Shown: piece after piece, positions 13,955-29,265 of the stretch
How the letters are laid out: every line of letters begins with the position of its first letter
Numbering within the stretch: position 1 is the stretch's first letter
Assembly: GCA_964016885.1 (NCBI GenBank)
Contig: OZ024742.1
Span: forward strand, 95,418,001 to 95,482,000
Source of the DNA: Eledone cirrhosa
Taxonomy: Eukaryota
Length of the DNA: 64,000 nucleotides
Reading direction: 5' to 3'
The notes under the pieces: generated by a model
Database searches by the model: none
What the model saw: the letters and a program-made list of their open reading frames with translations, nothing else
Told to the model about the DNA's origin: nothing
Position numbers and translations under genes: made by a program

Positions 13955-14320
13955 TGACCCACACTGTAAAGTGGCCATTTTGGTGCTGCAACAAAAGTAC
14001 TCAGTCCACACTGTAAAATAGTCATTCTCGTGCAACGACAAAAATCACCCGGTCCACGCTAACGTGGTTGTATTGGTGACATGACAAAAAGTACCCAGTC
14101 CACACTTGAAAGTGGTTGTGTAGATCACATGATAAAAGGTACCCAGCCCATATTGTAAATGAGGTTGGCATTCAGAAGGATACCCATCTGTAGAAGCCAA
14201 ACCAGAAGCAGTTCTGTATGAGCAAGACATGGTCATCTAACCTGACTTGTCTCACAATGGGACAACTTGTCTAACCCATGCTAGTATGGAAAAAGTGGAC
14301 GTTAAATGATCGTGTTGATG
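13955..14320 (+). mobile_element. Decayed RTE-type 3' tail
   Basis: Repeated cccagtccacactgtaaa-like units, then ctaacccatgctagtatggaaaaagtggacgttaaatgat. Confidence 0.65.
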
Positions 14321-15055
14321 TATCAGATATTTTTGTTTTGAAATTCATTTCTGCATTTATTTTTTTAAAAACATTTTTATTTATCAGGGTTACAATTTTC
14401 AAATAGTTAAAAACGCCATTATTCCATGGCCCACATATGCTATCTTTAGAGGTTTCAATGAAAAACTTGGTATTCTTTTATATATAAATTTTGCCTTTAT
14501 GAGAGCCTTTTTGAGGTTTTTAGGTTGTCATTTGCTATTGATCATTGAGGTTTCTTCCACTAGATATTACATTTTTATACTCTGGAACAAGGAGGACCAG
14601 GTTGCTTTAATAGTTGCAAATATGTTTGGTACTTCTGGATGATTTGTATTGACATAGAATAATATCTTCTGCAATCTCTTGTTTAGATATATCCAATTAC
14701 TTTGCTTTTTTAATCCTGTTCTATACTTAAATTCAAGGGATTTTTTGATATTTAAGAAAACCTGTTCCTTAACGCTAAATTGCTAGAGTTTTGGATCAAC
14801 CATTATTGCCCATATTTGTCTTGACATGTGATATGAAATATTCGATTTGGTGTTTGAAGTGGGCATGAATAAAAGTTCAAATATTGGTGTGTGTTCGTCA
14901 ATTTGTAAAATACATCTGATGTAATACTGGTGTTACATAATCTTACAAGGATATTCAAAAATGATAGGTTTTTTTCTATGTTTCTCTACCTGGTACTTGA
15001 TTGCTTATATGTCTAATAAATTTTGTTGATGCTCTGTTTGTAGATGGATCAGGAT

Positions 15056-15260
15056 TTAACACTTTACCATTTAAACTGGCCAGAATTCTTTCACCTTTTC
15101 TGTTCGAACTGGCTGTAACCGGCCGCTCATACTGACATTAAGTTATTGTTATCAAAATAAATAATATCAAAATCTCATAGATTTGATATTATGTGAGGTA
15201 AAGCCTTTTCCGTGAAAACATAATAAAAAATATAGAGTAATGTAAATGCTAAAGGGTTAA
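15056..15260. mobile_element. TTAA-flanked MITE (piggyBac-like termini)
   Basis: ttaacactttaccattta ... taaatgctaaagggttaa: 18-bp inverted match with 2 mismatches, including TTAA at both ends. Confidence 0.65.
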
Positions 15261-15319
15261 AGTTTTGTTGCTATTTGTTTAATGATATACACTTAGTTTT
15301 AACTAACTAATAATAATGA

Positions 15320-16068
15320 AATGATTGTGTACAGTGCTGAGGTGCACTACAACTCATCAAAGGTGCATGTATAGTACATAGAATAATGTACAAATGTCAG
15401 GAAAATGAACAGTGTATGAGTCATGAAATACATGCGTGCGTGTGTATGGAGGGGGGACATCAGGTGTAGTGTTGGCGAATCTCAGGAAGCATGGAGGTTT
15501 TAAATGATGCAGTGTCTCGGCAGCTAACAACTGATGCAGGTAGGTTGTTCCATGCTTTAGCAACTCTGAGCATGAAAAAATGTTTCCGAAAGTCATGGGA
15601 GCTGTGCTGTTTTCTGACTTTGAAGGCATGCCCACGTGTGTTAGACACATGGAAATCAAAAAGATGCTCAGGGTTGTTGTTGTTAGCAAGGTGGTTAATA
15701 ATTTTGTGGGTGTTTACCAAGTCAGTTGCCAGATGTCAGAGCTTCAATGTATCCATGCCCAGGGAAACAAGGCATTCAGAGTATGGCAGATGCCTGATGG
15801 AGGGTATTCGCTTGCACGTCTCTGAACAGTTTCCAGGTGGTCAGTGTTCTGAACAAGATAGGGGTTCCAGACTGGTGATGCAAATTCTAAGTGTGGCCGT
15901 ACCATAGCTATATACAGCTTTAAATAGATAGCTGGAGAATGGCTGACAAAGCTCTTGCTGAGTGATGCTAAGACACCCTTGGACTTCTTTACAATTTTAG
16001 AGACGTGCTTCGTCCAACTCAAATCAATGCTGACAGTAATGCCCAGATCACGTTCACAAGAAGACTTC
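15320..16068 (-). mobile_element. CR1-clade LINE 3' fragment, frameshifted
   Basis: LYIAMVRPHLEFASPVWNP...LETVQRRA and TRGHAFK...RKHFF.LRV.KAWNNLP.SVV are typical of the CR1 ORF2 C-terminus. Confidence 0.9.
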
Positions 16069-16680
16069 TAACTAATGAAGAATTTGTTAGAGTTTACCAA
16101 AATTAATCATTACTTAATTATCAAAATAGTATTTGCAACATCATATAATTAAAGGTTTTTATATAAATTAATGTTGGAGTATTTTAATTTAAAAAGGAAC
16201 CCCTTAAATGGATGATTTTGTTTTATAAAACGAGAGCCAGTTTTTGACAGATTGGTAGTAAAAAAGTTAAAATATAAAGTTTGATAATTTATAATGGGTA
16301 GCAGAGTTCTCTGTTAAATAAATCATCAAACCTTTCCTTTGCTAAACTACCAACTATTTTATTCATACAATCTGTCAATTAATTGAGCCTCTGTTACAAG
16401 TGAACCATTTTCTGGCTCCATCACTAACAATACCCAAGACACCCACATAGTTTTGCATATATATATATGTGTGTAGGTGTGTGTATATATATATATGCAT
16501 ATATATATGTGTATGAATGTATATATATATATGTTGCATATTTGTGTATTTATATATGTATATATATATATATGTTGCATATTTGTGTATTTATATATGT
16601 CATATATATGTCATATTTGTGTATATATATATATACATATATATATGTGTGTGTGTGTGTGTGTGTATATATGTATATTT

Positions 16681-16724
<44 letters not shown>

Positions 16725-17086
16725 TTGTGTGTGTGTGTGTAAATCACCGCAACAATCTAGAATAAGTGGTGTTTGCTGGCTTTGTATTGAGGATGGCTGT
16801 GGTGTGATGCTGGAGATGGTGGAGATATATGTATGTGTATATTGCATTGTGTCCAGTGGGATAGAGATGGACAAGAAGTGGGTAAAAGGGAAAGTGAGAG
16901 AGCAAGAGAGAGGAGACAAAAATGTGGTTGGGAGTGGGTGGATAAAAGCTATAAAATACAGAGATTTAGCATTGATAGGATGTATGCTGTCATTAGGAAA
17001 ATTATATTCATGCCTGTATATGTGTATGACTTTGGGTAGATGTGTGTTTATATATATATATATGTGTGTTCATGTGAGTATATATG

Positions 17087-17117
<31 letters not shown>

Positions 17118-17209
17118 ATATATCTATATATATATATATGTGTGTATATATGAATATATATATATATGTGTGTGTGTATATATATATATATATGTGTGTG
17201 TTCATGTGA

Positions 17210-17262
<53 letters not shown>

Positions 17263-17331
17263 TGTATATATGTATATATATGTATATATATATATGTGTG
17301 TAGATATGTATATATATATATATGTGTGTGT

Positions 17332-17938
17332 GTCAGGTCACCAGTTGGTGCTACTGGTAACATGTATCCCAGTACAACCTGTCTCATGGTCGGGTCGTTG
17401 GCGATTAAACTGGCAACCCCACCAAGGTTTCTTGGTGAGGAGGGTGACTTTGGACATCCTGCAGGACTAAAAACAAAACCTGTCAAAGGGTAAAGGAGCT
17501 CTTAAGAGTCAATGCCATCCAAAATCACCGGGAGAGATGACCCCTTAGCCTTTGTCAAGGCAGAATTCTAGGAGAAGGAAAACTCTGATATAACACCTGC
17601 AACCCTGATGGTATCCAATGATGTTGAATTGTTCTTCTTTTTGGTAAATATCATCTTGGTTAAGAGAGTGGGACTGGCTTTGTGCAGTGCCTTTGCTCAC
17701 TATAAAAGCTTCACAGCACAGGCATTGCTTTATATCTGGAGATCTCTCTGCACTTGTCGTCACATGGTACCATGGGCCCAGCACTATGTGTCAATAATTG
17801 TCACAAGTGTAGTGTTTGTACCAGAGTTTTCAAGTCGCTGGCTGGACTAAAAAGTCACATTCGTTCAGCGCATTGGTAGAGGTTCTCCTACATGGATATA
17901 AAGTAGTGGCCGTACTCGAAAACGAGTTGGCAGCCACC
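17332..17938 (+). mobile_element. Short RTE derivative: 5'-UTR-like sequence joined to an RTE C-terminal zinc finger and 3' end
   Basis: 17802-17879 translates [25 protein letters not shown] (C2H2 finger typical of RTE/BovB ends); no RT in the 600 bp; bounded by (TG)n and (TA)n. Confidence 0.6.
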
Positions 17939-17991
17939 ATATATATATATATATATGTGTGTGTGTATATATATATATATATGTGTATGTG

Positions 17992-18024
<33 letters not shown>

Positions 18025-18182
18025 GTGTGTGTGTATATACATATATATATATATATATGTATATATGTGTGTCTGTATATACATATATATATATATAAAT
18101 ATGTATATATATATATCTATATGTATATATATATATATAAATATGTATATATATATATGTACATATATATATATATATATGT

Positions 18183-18268
<86 letters not shown>

Positions 18269-18473
18269 GTGTGTCTGTATATACATATATATATATATAT
18301 GTATATATGTGTGTCTGTATATACATATATATATATATATAAATATGTATATATATATATATGAATATGTATATATATATATAAATATGTATATATATAT
18401 ATATATATATATATTTGTATATATATATATATAGAATTCACATGAATCAAAGTTCTGTTCAAACCATTTATTA

Positions 18474-18518
18474 GCTTACAATTGTTTCGTCCAAACCGAG
18501 GTTTGGAGTCTTCGGAGC
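18474..18518 (-). ncRNA. Variant minimal HHR in a solo PLE terminal repeat (~18433-18710)
   Basis: Minus strand gct-CCGAAGA-ctccaaacc tc ggtttggac-GAAA-caattg-TA-agc; U4C variant; palindromic stem III; same context as 54143-54186. Confidence 0.6.
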
Positions 18519-18724
18519 AATTTTTCAATGATTGTTTACATACATGACCTCCTTTCCAACACAAGAGACATACAGATACATATGTATATATCGATGCACA
18601 GTGGGGTGACATCCATTATAATAATTTTGCATGGTAATTTAAATTCAAAAATTAAAATCATATTAAAACAGAATCAAAGCAAAATTAAAGTTAAAGTACA
18701 ACATCGGCAGTATATATATATATA

Positions 18725-18751
<27 letters not shown>

Positions 18752-18756
<5 letters not shown>

Positions 18757-20408
18757 GTAATAATAATAATTTTGAAGACTAAAATCCAAAGAGGGCTCGA
18801 TAGGATAAATATATATCAAATATATAAGAACCGTAGAGCAAATATTTATTAAAATAACAGATTAAAGTTTAAGCAAAGAATCGCTGCTTTCACCCCCCAA
18901 CGGGATCTTCTGAAACTAACAGAGTCAATCTGTAAACGCAGAACTGGATATTTCAAAAAACGTTGCAACCGGAGGAAGACAGGAAAACGATACCTTGGCC
19001 CGCGGAAACGCCCGCTGGCAAAGAACGGGAAAAAACGAATATAATACGTCATTAATAGGAGCGGTGAAAAATAATTACGCGCAAAGACAGAACCACGTCC
19101 ATGGTATAAAAGAGGTCGTAGACTAATGTTCTCTTAGGTGGTGCACAGAAACGCTCTCCGGCAATGAACGAAAAAACGAAGACAACACGCCACTTGTGGA
19201 GCGCGTAGAACAACAGCACGCAAAGACAAAACCACGCAAATGGCACAGCAGAAGTCGCAGACTAAAATTCCAACAAGGAGACCAAGTGAATCACCGCCAC
19301 AGAGCCAAGAACAAAGCAAACAAATACAACACAGAAGTAAAAGAAATAAATAAATACATACACGCAAACAAATACGTACATACACGAACATACGCAAAAA
19401 CTTACCATAGGTATACAAAACCCCGCACATATAAATATGTGTGTGTGTGTATGTGTGTATACAAATAAATAAATAAACGTATATAAATAAACAAATACGT
19501 ATATAACAAGCGCACACACATACCTTCACATAAACACACGAATGTTCGGAGACGCAAGTCAACCAAAACACGAAGTACACACATACACACACCCGCCACA
19601 CGTACGAACCTGAACACCCACACAGACGCAAAACTCCCGCACACACATAGCCAAACCATATGTACCAGAATATATAAAGTCATACGCCATACCAATCAAA
19701 CACGCGTACGAGAAGGTATACGTACCCTCACAAAACATACGGGTAATATATATTTACCTATGCAAATAAGTAAAGGTATAAACAAAACATATACTTAGCT
19801 CCCACATCAAGACGTAAAATATCCACGTATAGATCGTACTATCCGTTAGGGTATAACGTGGGGCTGCAATACAGGAAAGTTTTGTGCAGGAAAGTTTACA
19901 AGCCGAAATTGCCTCAGATTTTTTGTTTAAGATGTGGTCTGTGGCGTAGAGTATTTCCAGGGCCTCAGCGGCGCAGAGGTCACATGGTCTTTTATTTCCG
20001 TTATACGATCTAGCCCTAGCTAGGATCTCCCAGTGTAACTTATATTGGGTGTGGTTGTCTTTTAGACTCCAGATATAAGGTTATATCTGGAGTCTAAAAG
20101 ACAACGACACCTATTAATGACGTATTATATTCGTTTTTTCCCGTTCTTTGCCAGCGGGCGTTTCCGCGGGCCAAGGTATCGTTTTCCTGTGTTCCTCCGG
20201 TTGCAACGTTTTTTGAAATATCCAGTTCTGCGTTTACAGATTGACTTTGTTAGTTTCAGAAGATCCCGTTGGGGGTGAAAGCAGCGATTCTTTGCTTAAA
20301 CTTTAATCTGTTATTTTAATAAATATTTGCTCTACGGTTCTTATATATTTGATATATATTTATCCTATCGAGCCCTCTTTGGATTTTAGTCTTCAAATTT
20401 ATTATTAT

Positions 20409-20415
<7 letters not shown>
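18752..20415. mobile_element. 1.66-kb unit with ~300-bp terminal inverted repeats and an internal 31-bp hairpin
   Basis: 18771-19059 is the near-exact reverse complement of 20110-20398; both ends run into (TAA)n/(TA)n; hairpin at 20048-20111. Confidence 0.85.
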
Positions 20416-20484
<69 letters not shown>

Positions 20485-20592
20485 AATTTGTATATCTACC
20501 AACATATGTATACAGATGCATACCTATGCTAGCAAATATATAGGTTTTGTCTTAGTAACTTTGTAGTTCAATGCAAGGGGATGCAGAACAAT

Positions 20593-20862
20593 TATATGAA
20601 AGACGTAAAATAAGAGAATTATGAAAATTAACTTACTTACTAAAATTTCACTCCAACTAAATAGTTTCTGTAAGGGAATAAATATGGTTACGCAACGTAA
20701 TCATAGAGAATCCTTACGTCATCAGGGAGTCTATTCTCAGCTAAGTTCCTAGGCAATGCGTGGACACAGGGAACTCATATAAAAATAATTCAGTGGATGG
20801 AAAAAAGCGAGCGGGGACTAAATTCCAGTTAATTTTCATAATTCTCTTATTTTACGTCTTTC

Positions 20863-20867
<5 letters not shown>
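20593..20867. mobile_element. 275-bp unit with 41-bp perfect inverted termini enclosing an HHR
   Basis: tatatgaaagacgtaaaataagagaattatgaaaattaact (20593-20633) is the reverse complement of 20827-20867. Confidence 0.85.
20650..20730 (-). ncRNA. Type I HHR with canonical core and extended stem II
   Basis: actcc-CTGATGA-cgtaagg...atgattacg ttg cgtaaccat...ccttaca-GAAA-cta tt tag-TT-ggagt. Confidence 0.8.
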
Positions 20868-20895
<28 letters not shown>

Positions 20896-20926
20896 AATAT
20901 ATATGTATATATATATATATCTATAT

Positions 20927-23900
20927 GTCCTGGGTATGACATTAAACTACATCTAGTGGCAAGGCTCCAGTTCGGGAGTTCAGGAGATGTGGGGAATGTG
21001 GAGTTACCCCTTAGTTGTCATGACTCCTAGGTCTGCCCTAGCCCGGGGTGGTAGTACCTATTAGGGCTCCATTTATGGGTTAAATAACTACCTTATACGA
21101 GTGGCGCCGGTAAGGTATTGTCAGCCATTGAAAAGAAATATGGAGAGTCGATCTAACAGCACTAGGGTTAGAGCCCCTAATTACACTGTCAAGTAGCAGC
21201 CTGGTCGTTATGACTCTGCTGGCTTAGAGCCACAGAGAGGGCCAGTGGATGATGAATCAGTGGTATCTTAGACAAATATAAAGAATGCAGCTTTGTCCTG
21301 CAGAAGAGCCATCAAAATGAGCACTTTGAATGTGAGGACTATTCGGACGCTGGAGAAGAGAGAGGAGCTGGGACATCTGTTCGAGGAGAGTGGTATACAG
21401 ATACTTACGATCCAAGAACACAGGATCCTACACGATGAGCCCATGAGGAGTGTGATGATCGGGAAGAAGAGCCAGCTCATCACTACATCGGCAGTGAAGA
21501 ACACAACAAATGCTGCAGTAGGAGGAGTGGGTTTTGTGTTCAGTGCAAAAACCAATCTGTTGGTGAGGGAAATAATGCCTATCTCCCCGCGAGTGTTGAG
21601 GGTGACCTTCAATGGAAACCCAAGACTGACAGTCATCTCAGCCTATAGTCCAACCGAGGGGGACAGTGATGTGAGTGCGGAGGAGTTCCATGAGGAGGTG
21701 TGTAGAGCTGTCAACACCACTCAGGCACACAATATCCTGCTTGTTTTGGGGGACTTCAATGCACATCTGAGTAAGGAGGGCAGTGAAGATCCTTGCTGGT
21801 ACTTCCATAACAACACCAACCAAAATGGAAGACTACTGAGAGACACCCTGCTGGAGGCGAACTTGATGGCGACCAACCTAAGGTTTAGGAAGAATCTGGG
21901 GAAGATGTGGACCTACATCTCAGATATGCACCTGTCCAAGTCCCAGATTGATTTCATTCTGGTGAGGAAAAAGTGGAGGAATAGTGTTCTGAACACGGAA
22001 CCATACAGCTATTTCAGTACACTGGGTAGTGACCACCAGCTTGTTATGAGTGAGGTCCGGGTGAGCTTAAGAAAGAGCAAGGCTCGGCCCCGGAGAACAA
22101 TCTATGACTGGGGATCTTTCAAGGAAGATGATAAGCTACAGGAGAGGTTCACAGTGGAAGTGAGAAACAGGTTTAGCGCTCTGTGTGGAGAGTCAGAGGA
22201 GAGAGAGATTGGATGGACTGAGGAGAGTGTGACGAGGAGGTACGGGCACTTCACCAATGCAGTGGCGGAAGCAAGTGAAAGCCTGGTACCGAGGAAAAAG
22301 AACAAAAGGAAGCACGTCAGCTCTGCAAACCCTAAAGTGTGTGCAGCCAGAGAACACCTGAAAGCTGCCAGGGACCAATTCTATGCTAATCCTACGGAGG
22401 AGAGGATGGAGACTGTGGAGGTGATGAAGGAAGAGCTCTGTACCGCTTACACTGAGGTCAGAGAGGAGGCACTGATAGAGAAGATCAGAAGTGTGGAGAG
22501 AGCGGTTGACAGATCTGGATGTAAGGAGAGCTGGATGATCATCAACGAGATCACAGAGAGGAAGAGAAGGTGTTCGAGTCAGATCCAGGGAACGGGGCCG
22601 GAGGATAGGAGGAGGAAATGGCTAGACCATTTTAGGACCCTACTAGAAGAGCCACCCTCGACAGCCCAGAGCACTGGGGAGATCAGGCGGCTGTTTGAGG
22701 AACTGGATGTTGCGACAGAGCCCTTCACCAGAGAGGAGCTTCAGAGAGCCAAGAAGAGGATCAAGGAGGGCAAGGCTCATGGAGAAGATGGAGTGGCATC
22801 AGAGGTGAAGAAGAGGTGTGATTTTGATGATATCATCCTGGGGTTCTGTAACGGGGCACTAGAGAAAGGAGTTGCTCCGAATCAGTGGAGGATCGGTAAC
22901 ATCGTCCCAGTGCCAAAGAAGGGAGATCTCTCCAACACCAATAACTACCGGGGGATCTCACTGACGTCACTTGTGGCAGAGAACCTAAACAGGATGATTC
23001 TTAACAGGATCCAGCCTGAGATGGAGAAGAAGCTCAGGGACAACCAGAACGGCTTCAGAGAGGGTAGATCAACCACCAGTCACATCCTGATGCTGAGGGG
23101 GATATTAGAAGTGCCTTCCTGCGGTCATGGTTTTCATTGACTTTAGGATGGCTTTGATTCTGTGGACCGTTACTGCCTGATGAAGATCTTACAGGCTTAT
23201 GGAATCCCCAAGAAGATAGTGGACCTGATATCACTGCTCTACACCAACACCAAAGCCCAAGTCATTACACCTGATGGGATGACAGAGTTCTTTGAGATAC
23301 TGGCTGGAGTGCTCCAGAGAGATACATTGACTCCCTACATTTTTATCATCGTAGTGGACTATTGTATGCGCCTTGCACTGGAGAAACACCAGGACTCTGG
23401 CTTTACTGTAGCACCGGCTCAGAGCAGGAGAGTTAGGGCGAAAAAGGTATCGGATGCTGAATTTGCCGACGACATAGTTTTGGTGACAAATACAGTGAAG
23501 GAGGCAGAGGATTTGATGCGGGCGGTTGAGATTGTGTCGATGAGTGTGGGGTTGAGAATGAATGAGACTAAAACAAAATATCTGGTAGGGAATGTTGAGA
23601 AGACAGAAGGGATCACTAATGTAGGCGGGAAGCCGCTGGAATTGGTTGAGGACATCCTGTATTTGGGAGCAAAGATTGGGAAAACAGAAGATGATCTGAT
23701 TGAGAGGAAGAGCAAGGCCTGGGCGGCGTGCCACAGCTTGAGATCGGTGTGGAAGTCGGATCTTCGTAGAGACCTGAAAATCCGCATCTTCATTGCCTGT
23801 AGTGGAGTCTGTGCTGCTGTATGGGATGAGACTTGGACACTGACCAAGAAACTCACTTAGATGGTGGATGGGTGCTACACGAGAATGCTGAGGATGGCTC

Positions 23901-24220
23901 TGACCATTAATCAGTATACACTGAGGATGAAAAACTCAGAGCTGTATGGGAGCACCCCAAAAGTCAGCTCAAAAGTGACACAGAGGAGACTGAGTTATGC
24001 TGGACATGCTGACCGACATCCAGAGTTGACATTGCATTCAGTGCTCCTTTGGGAGCCCCTACATGGACACACTAGAAGAGGAAGAGCAAGGTTAACGTAT
24101 GTTGATGCCCTAAGGACAGACACTGGTCTGTTGGAGACGCAGGACATGGCAGCGATAATGAAGGACAGAGACCGCTGGCGAGAACTCGTCCATGGATCTC
24201 GGGAATTTTACCCGCCTTAG
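20927..24220 (+). mobile_element. Near full-length RTE/RTEX-type LINE (AP endonuclease + RT), disabled
   Basis: APE motifs TLNVRT, IQEHR, SAYSPT, GDFNAH, QIDFIL, GSDH; RT motifs NYRGISL, QNGFR, GVLQ.DTL.P, FADD; C-terminal LLWEP.HG...RGR; frameshifts near 23110-23150 and 23810; (TA)n on both sides. Confidence 0.93.
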
Positions 24221-24235
24221 ATAGATAGATATATC

Positions 24236-24332
<97 letters not shown>

Positions 24333-24402
24333 GTATATATGTATATATGTATATATGTATATATATATATGTATATATATATATATGTGTGTAGATATGT
24401 AG

Positions 24403-24436
<34 letters not shown>

Positions 24437-24761
24437 ATATATATATATATATGTGTGTGTATATATATATATATATATACATATATATGTGTGTGTGTAT
24501 ATACATAAATATATATATATGTATATATGTGTGTGTGTATATACATATATATATATGTTTATATGTGTGTGTGTATATACATATATATATGTTTATATGT
24601 GTGTGTGTATATACATATATATATATATATGTGTATATATGTGTGTGTGTATATACATATATATATATTTATATATGTATATATGTGTCTGTATATACAT
24701 ATATATATATATATATGTATATATGTGTGTTTGTATATACATATATATATATATAAATATG

Positions 24762-24813
<52 letters not shown>

Positions 24814-24880
24814 GATCGGACATAAAACGGGGATGATGATGATGATATATATATATGTATATATATGTGTGTATATATAT

Positions 24881-24950
<70 letters not shown>

Positions 24951-24994
24951 GTATATATATATGTATAATATATATATATATGTATATATATATG

Positions 24995-25080
<86 letters not shown>

Positions 25081-25109
25081 CATATGTATATATATATACT
25101 ATATATATA

Positions 25110-26413
<1,304 letters not shown>

Positions 26414-26450
26414 GTATATATATATATATATGTATATATTTATATATATG

Positions 26451-26485
<35 letters not shown>

Positions 26486-26514
26486 GTATATGTATATATG
26501 TATATATATATATG

Positions 26515-26823
<309 letters not shown>

Positions 26824-26864
26824 GTATATATATATATATTTATATGTATATATATATATATATA

Positions 26865-28275
26865 TTTCGTTTCTGAATTTGTTTAGCAAGATTCTTTATC
26901 TGAAATCGTGTGTTGAAACCGATATTGTTATACTTTGGGAGGGTCATGTTGCCAATAAGAAACACACGCACCAGTTACTTTCACTTCAACTTATTACAAT
27001 AAATTTATAATAAATTTATAAATTTATAAATTTCTGGTTGGTTGGTTGGTTCCATAACCAGATAGGTGTTTATATATTGTCATAGTTCTTTCGTCACACA
27101 CTCTGTGACCCCTTCAGTGTCTGGGGATTCCTTTCTTTGTTTCTGTGCCTCTCCTTTGTTCTGTCCTACGCCATTTTGTTTCTGTGTGTGTGTTGTGTGC
27201 TCAGTCTGCGCATGCGCCACATCCGGGTGTCTGTGTGTGTTTATGTTCATTTATTTATTTGTTTATTTACATGTTACTGGTTGGTTGTTTGTTCTATGTG
27301 TGTGTGTGTTTTCATTTTGTCCTTAATTGTAAGTTGTGATGTTGCTGTTCCACTCATATTTTCTATTTAATTTTGGTTGTAATTCTTTTATGTTTATTGC
27401 CTCTGTGATTTGTCTAATCATTGCGTCTTTTCTGTGTGTAGATTCTATTTTTATTTCTATGTTCTCTAGTTTACCCCTGTGTTCTATTTTAGCATGTTCG
27501 TATAGTACAGATGATTCTTTACTATCTTGAAGGTCTCGCCAGTGTTCATTTATCCGTTCCCCTACACTACGAGCTGTCTCACCTATGTACACTATATTTT
27601 TGTCTCTACATTGTCCTTCAGTACATCTTATGCTATACACTACATTTCTAGTTTTACAGTTAATATGGGGGCTTATTTTACAGGTTATACATTTCTTATC
27701 TATACATGAGGGTCTTTGGAACGGGTATGTCTTGCTAATAAGTGTTTTTTAGGGAGGTACCTGGTCTTTCTACTATCTTAATATTGAGTTTATGTTTATC
27801 TAGGGCCCTTCTAAATTTGTAAGCTAATTCACCTCTAGGGGTTGTATCGATGAACATTACACTCTGGTATTTATTGCTATCATACCATGAAGTTATTCTA
27901 TTAGCCTTGTTCCTAGTTCTTTCTATTCTATTCCAAAATTTGCTCCTATACAAGGGGCAGGTCCCATTTATGTTATTATTTATCATTTTTTCCCATTTGG
28001 TTCTGGCTCCTCTATACACTCTGATTTTATCTCTCTGATTGTAGCCAGAGAACTGCATACGGTGGATGAAGTGTTGTATGTGTCTCTCTAGTTCTTCGGG
28101 GTTGCACATGCGGGACACGTTTCTCATCACCCGTACCAAATCCGCAATCAGTATGTTGATTTTGGTATGGTCCGAAACGGTCGAGTTTCGGTGGATCAGA
28201 TGTTTGGAACTCATGGGTTTGGCACAATGGGAATGGAGGATTTGTTTTTTGTTATTTATGGTATCTAACCAGAGC
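26865..28275 (-). mobile_element. Penelope-like element, inverted 5'-truncated copy (RT thumb + GIY-YIG + terminal repeat)
   Basis: VYSIRC...VYIGETARSVGERINEH...EAINI...LNRKYEW (27323-27640); reverse complement of 28711-30330; decayed HHR at 27079-27121 (CTGAAGG). Confidence 0.92.
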
Positions 28276-29171
28276 CATACGGACACCCGAAAACCACGAT
28301 GAACTGAAGAAAATGATTGCACATGCGGTAGGGGCCAGCATAAAACCAACCCTTAAGGAACATATGTTCAAATTTAATGGATAAACATATGCCCAAGAGG
28401 AAGGAGCAGCCATTGGTGTTAGCATTGCAGGCGACATAGCTAACTTATTCATGGTATGGTGGGACAGTAGACTTAAACTTAGACTTAAAGAACAATTAGA
28501 AGACCCATTAACCCTGATAATGTACTCCCGCTACGTAGATGATATAAACATCGTAGTTAAGACACCCCCACTAGAGAACAGTCAGGAACTAGAGAAAAAC
28601 ACAATGGAAAGCATCCAGCAAATAACTAACTCCATCCACCAGAGCATTAGAGTTACTATAGACTACCCAAGTAAACACCCCAACCATCGATTACCTGTAC
28701 TAGACACAGAGCTCTGGTTAGATACCATAAATAACAACAAAAAAAATCCTCCATTTCCATTATGCCAAACTCATGAGTTCCAAACATCTGATCCACCGAA
28801 ACTCGGCCGTTTCGGACCATACCAAAATCAACATACTGATTGCGGATTTGGTACGGGTGATGAGAAACGTGTCCCGCATGTGCAACCCCGAATAACTAGA
28901 GAGACACATACAACACTTCATCCACCGTATGCAGTTCTCTGGCTACAATCAGAGAGATAAAATCAGAGTGTATAGAGGAGCCAGAACCAAATGGGAAAAA
29001 ATGGTAAATAATGACATAAATGGGACCTGCCCCTTGTATAGGAGCAAATTTTGGAATAGAATAGAAAGAACTAGGAACAAGGCTAATAGAATAAACTCAT
29101 GGTATGATAGCAATAAATACCAGTATGTAATGTTCATCGATACAAGTATGTAATGTTCACCTCTATATGTA

Positions 29172-29265
<94 letters not shown>

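Noticed and set aside
19940-20000. Possible minus-strand HHR (taaaaga...tggaaa) in the 18752-20415 unit
   Set aside because: The core is too degenerate and there is no convincing stem I or III.
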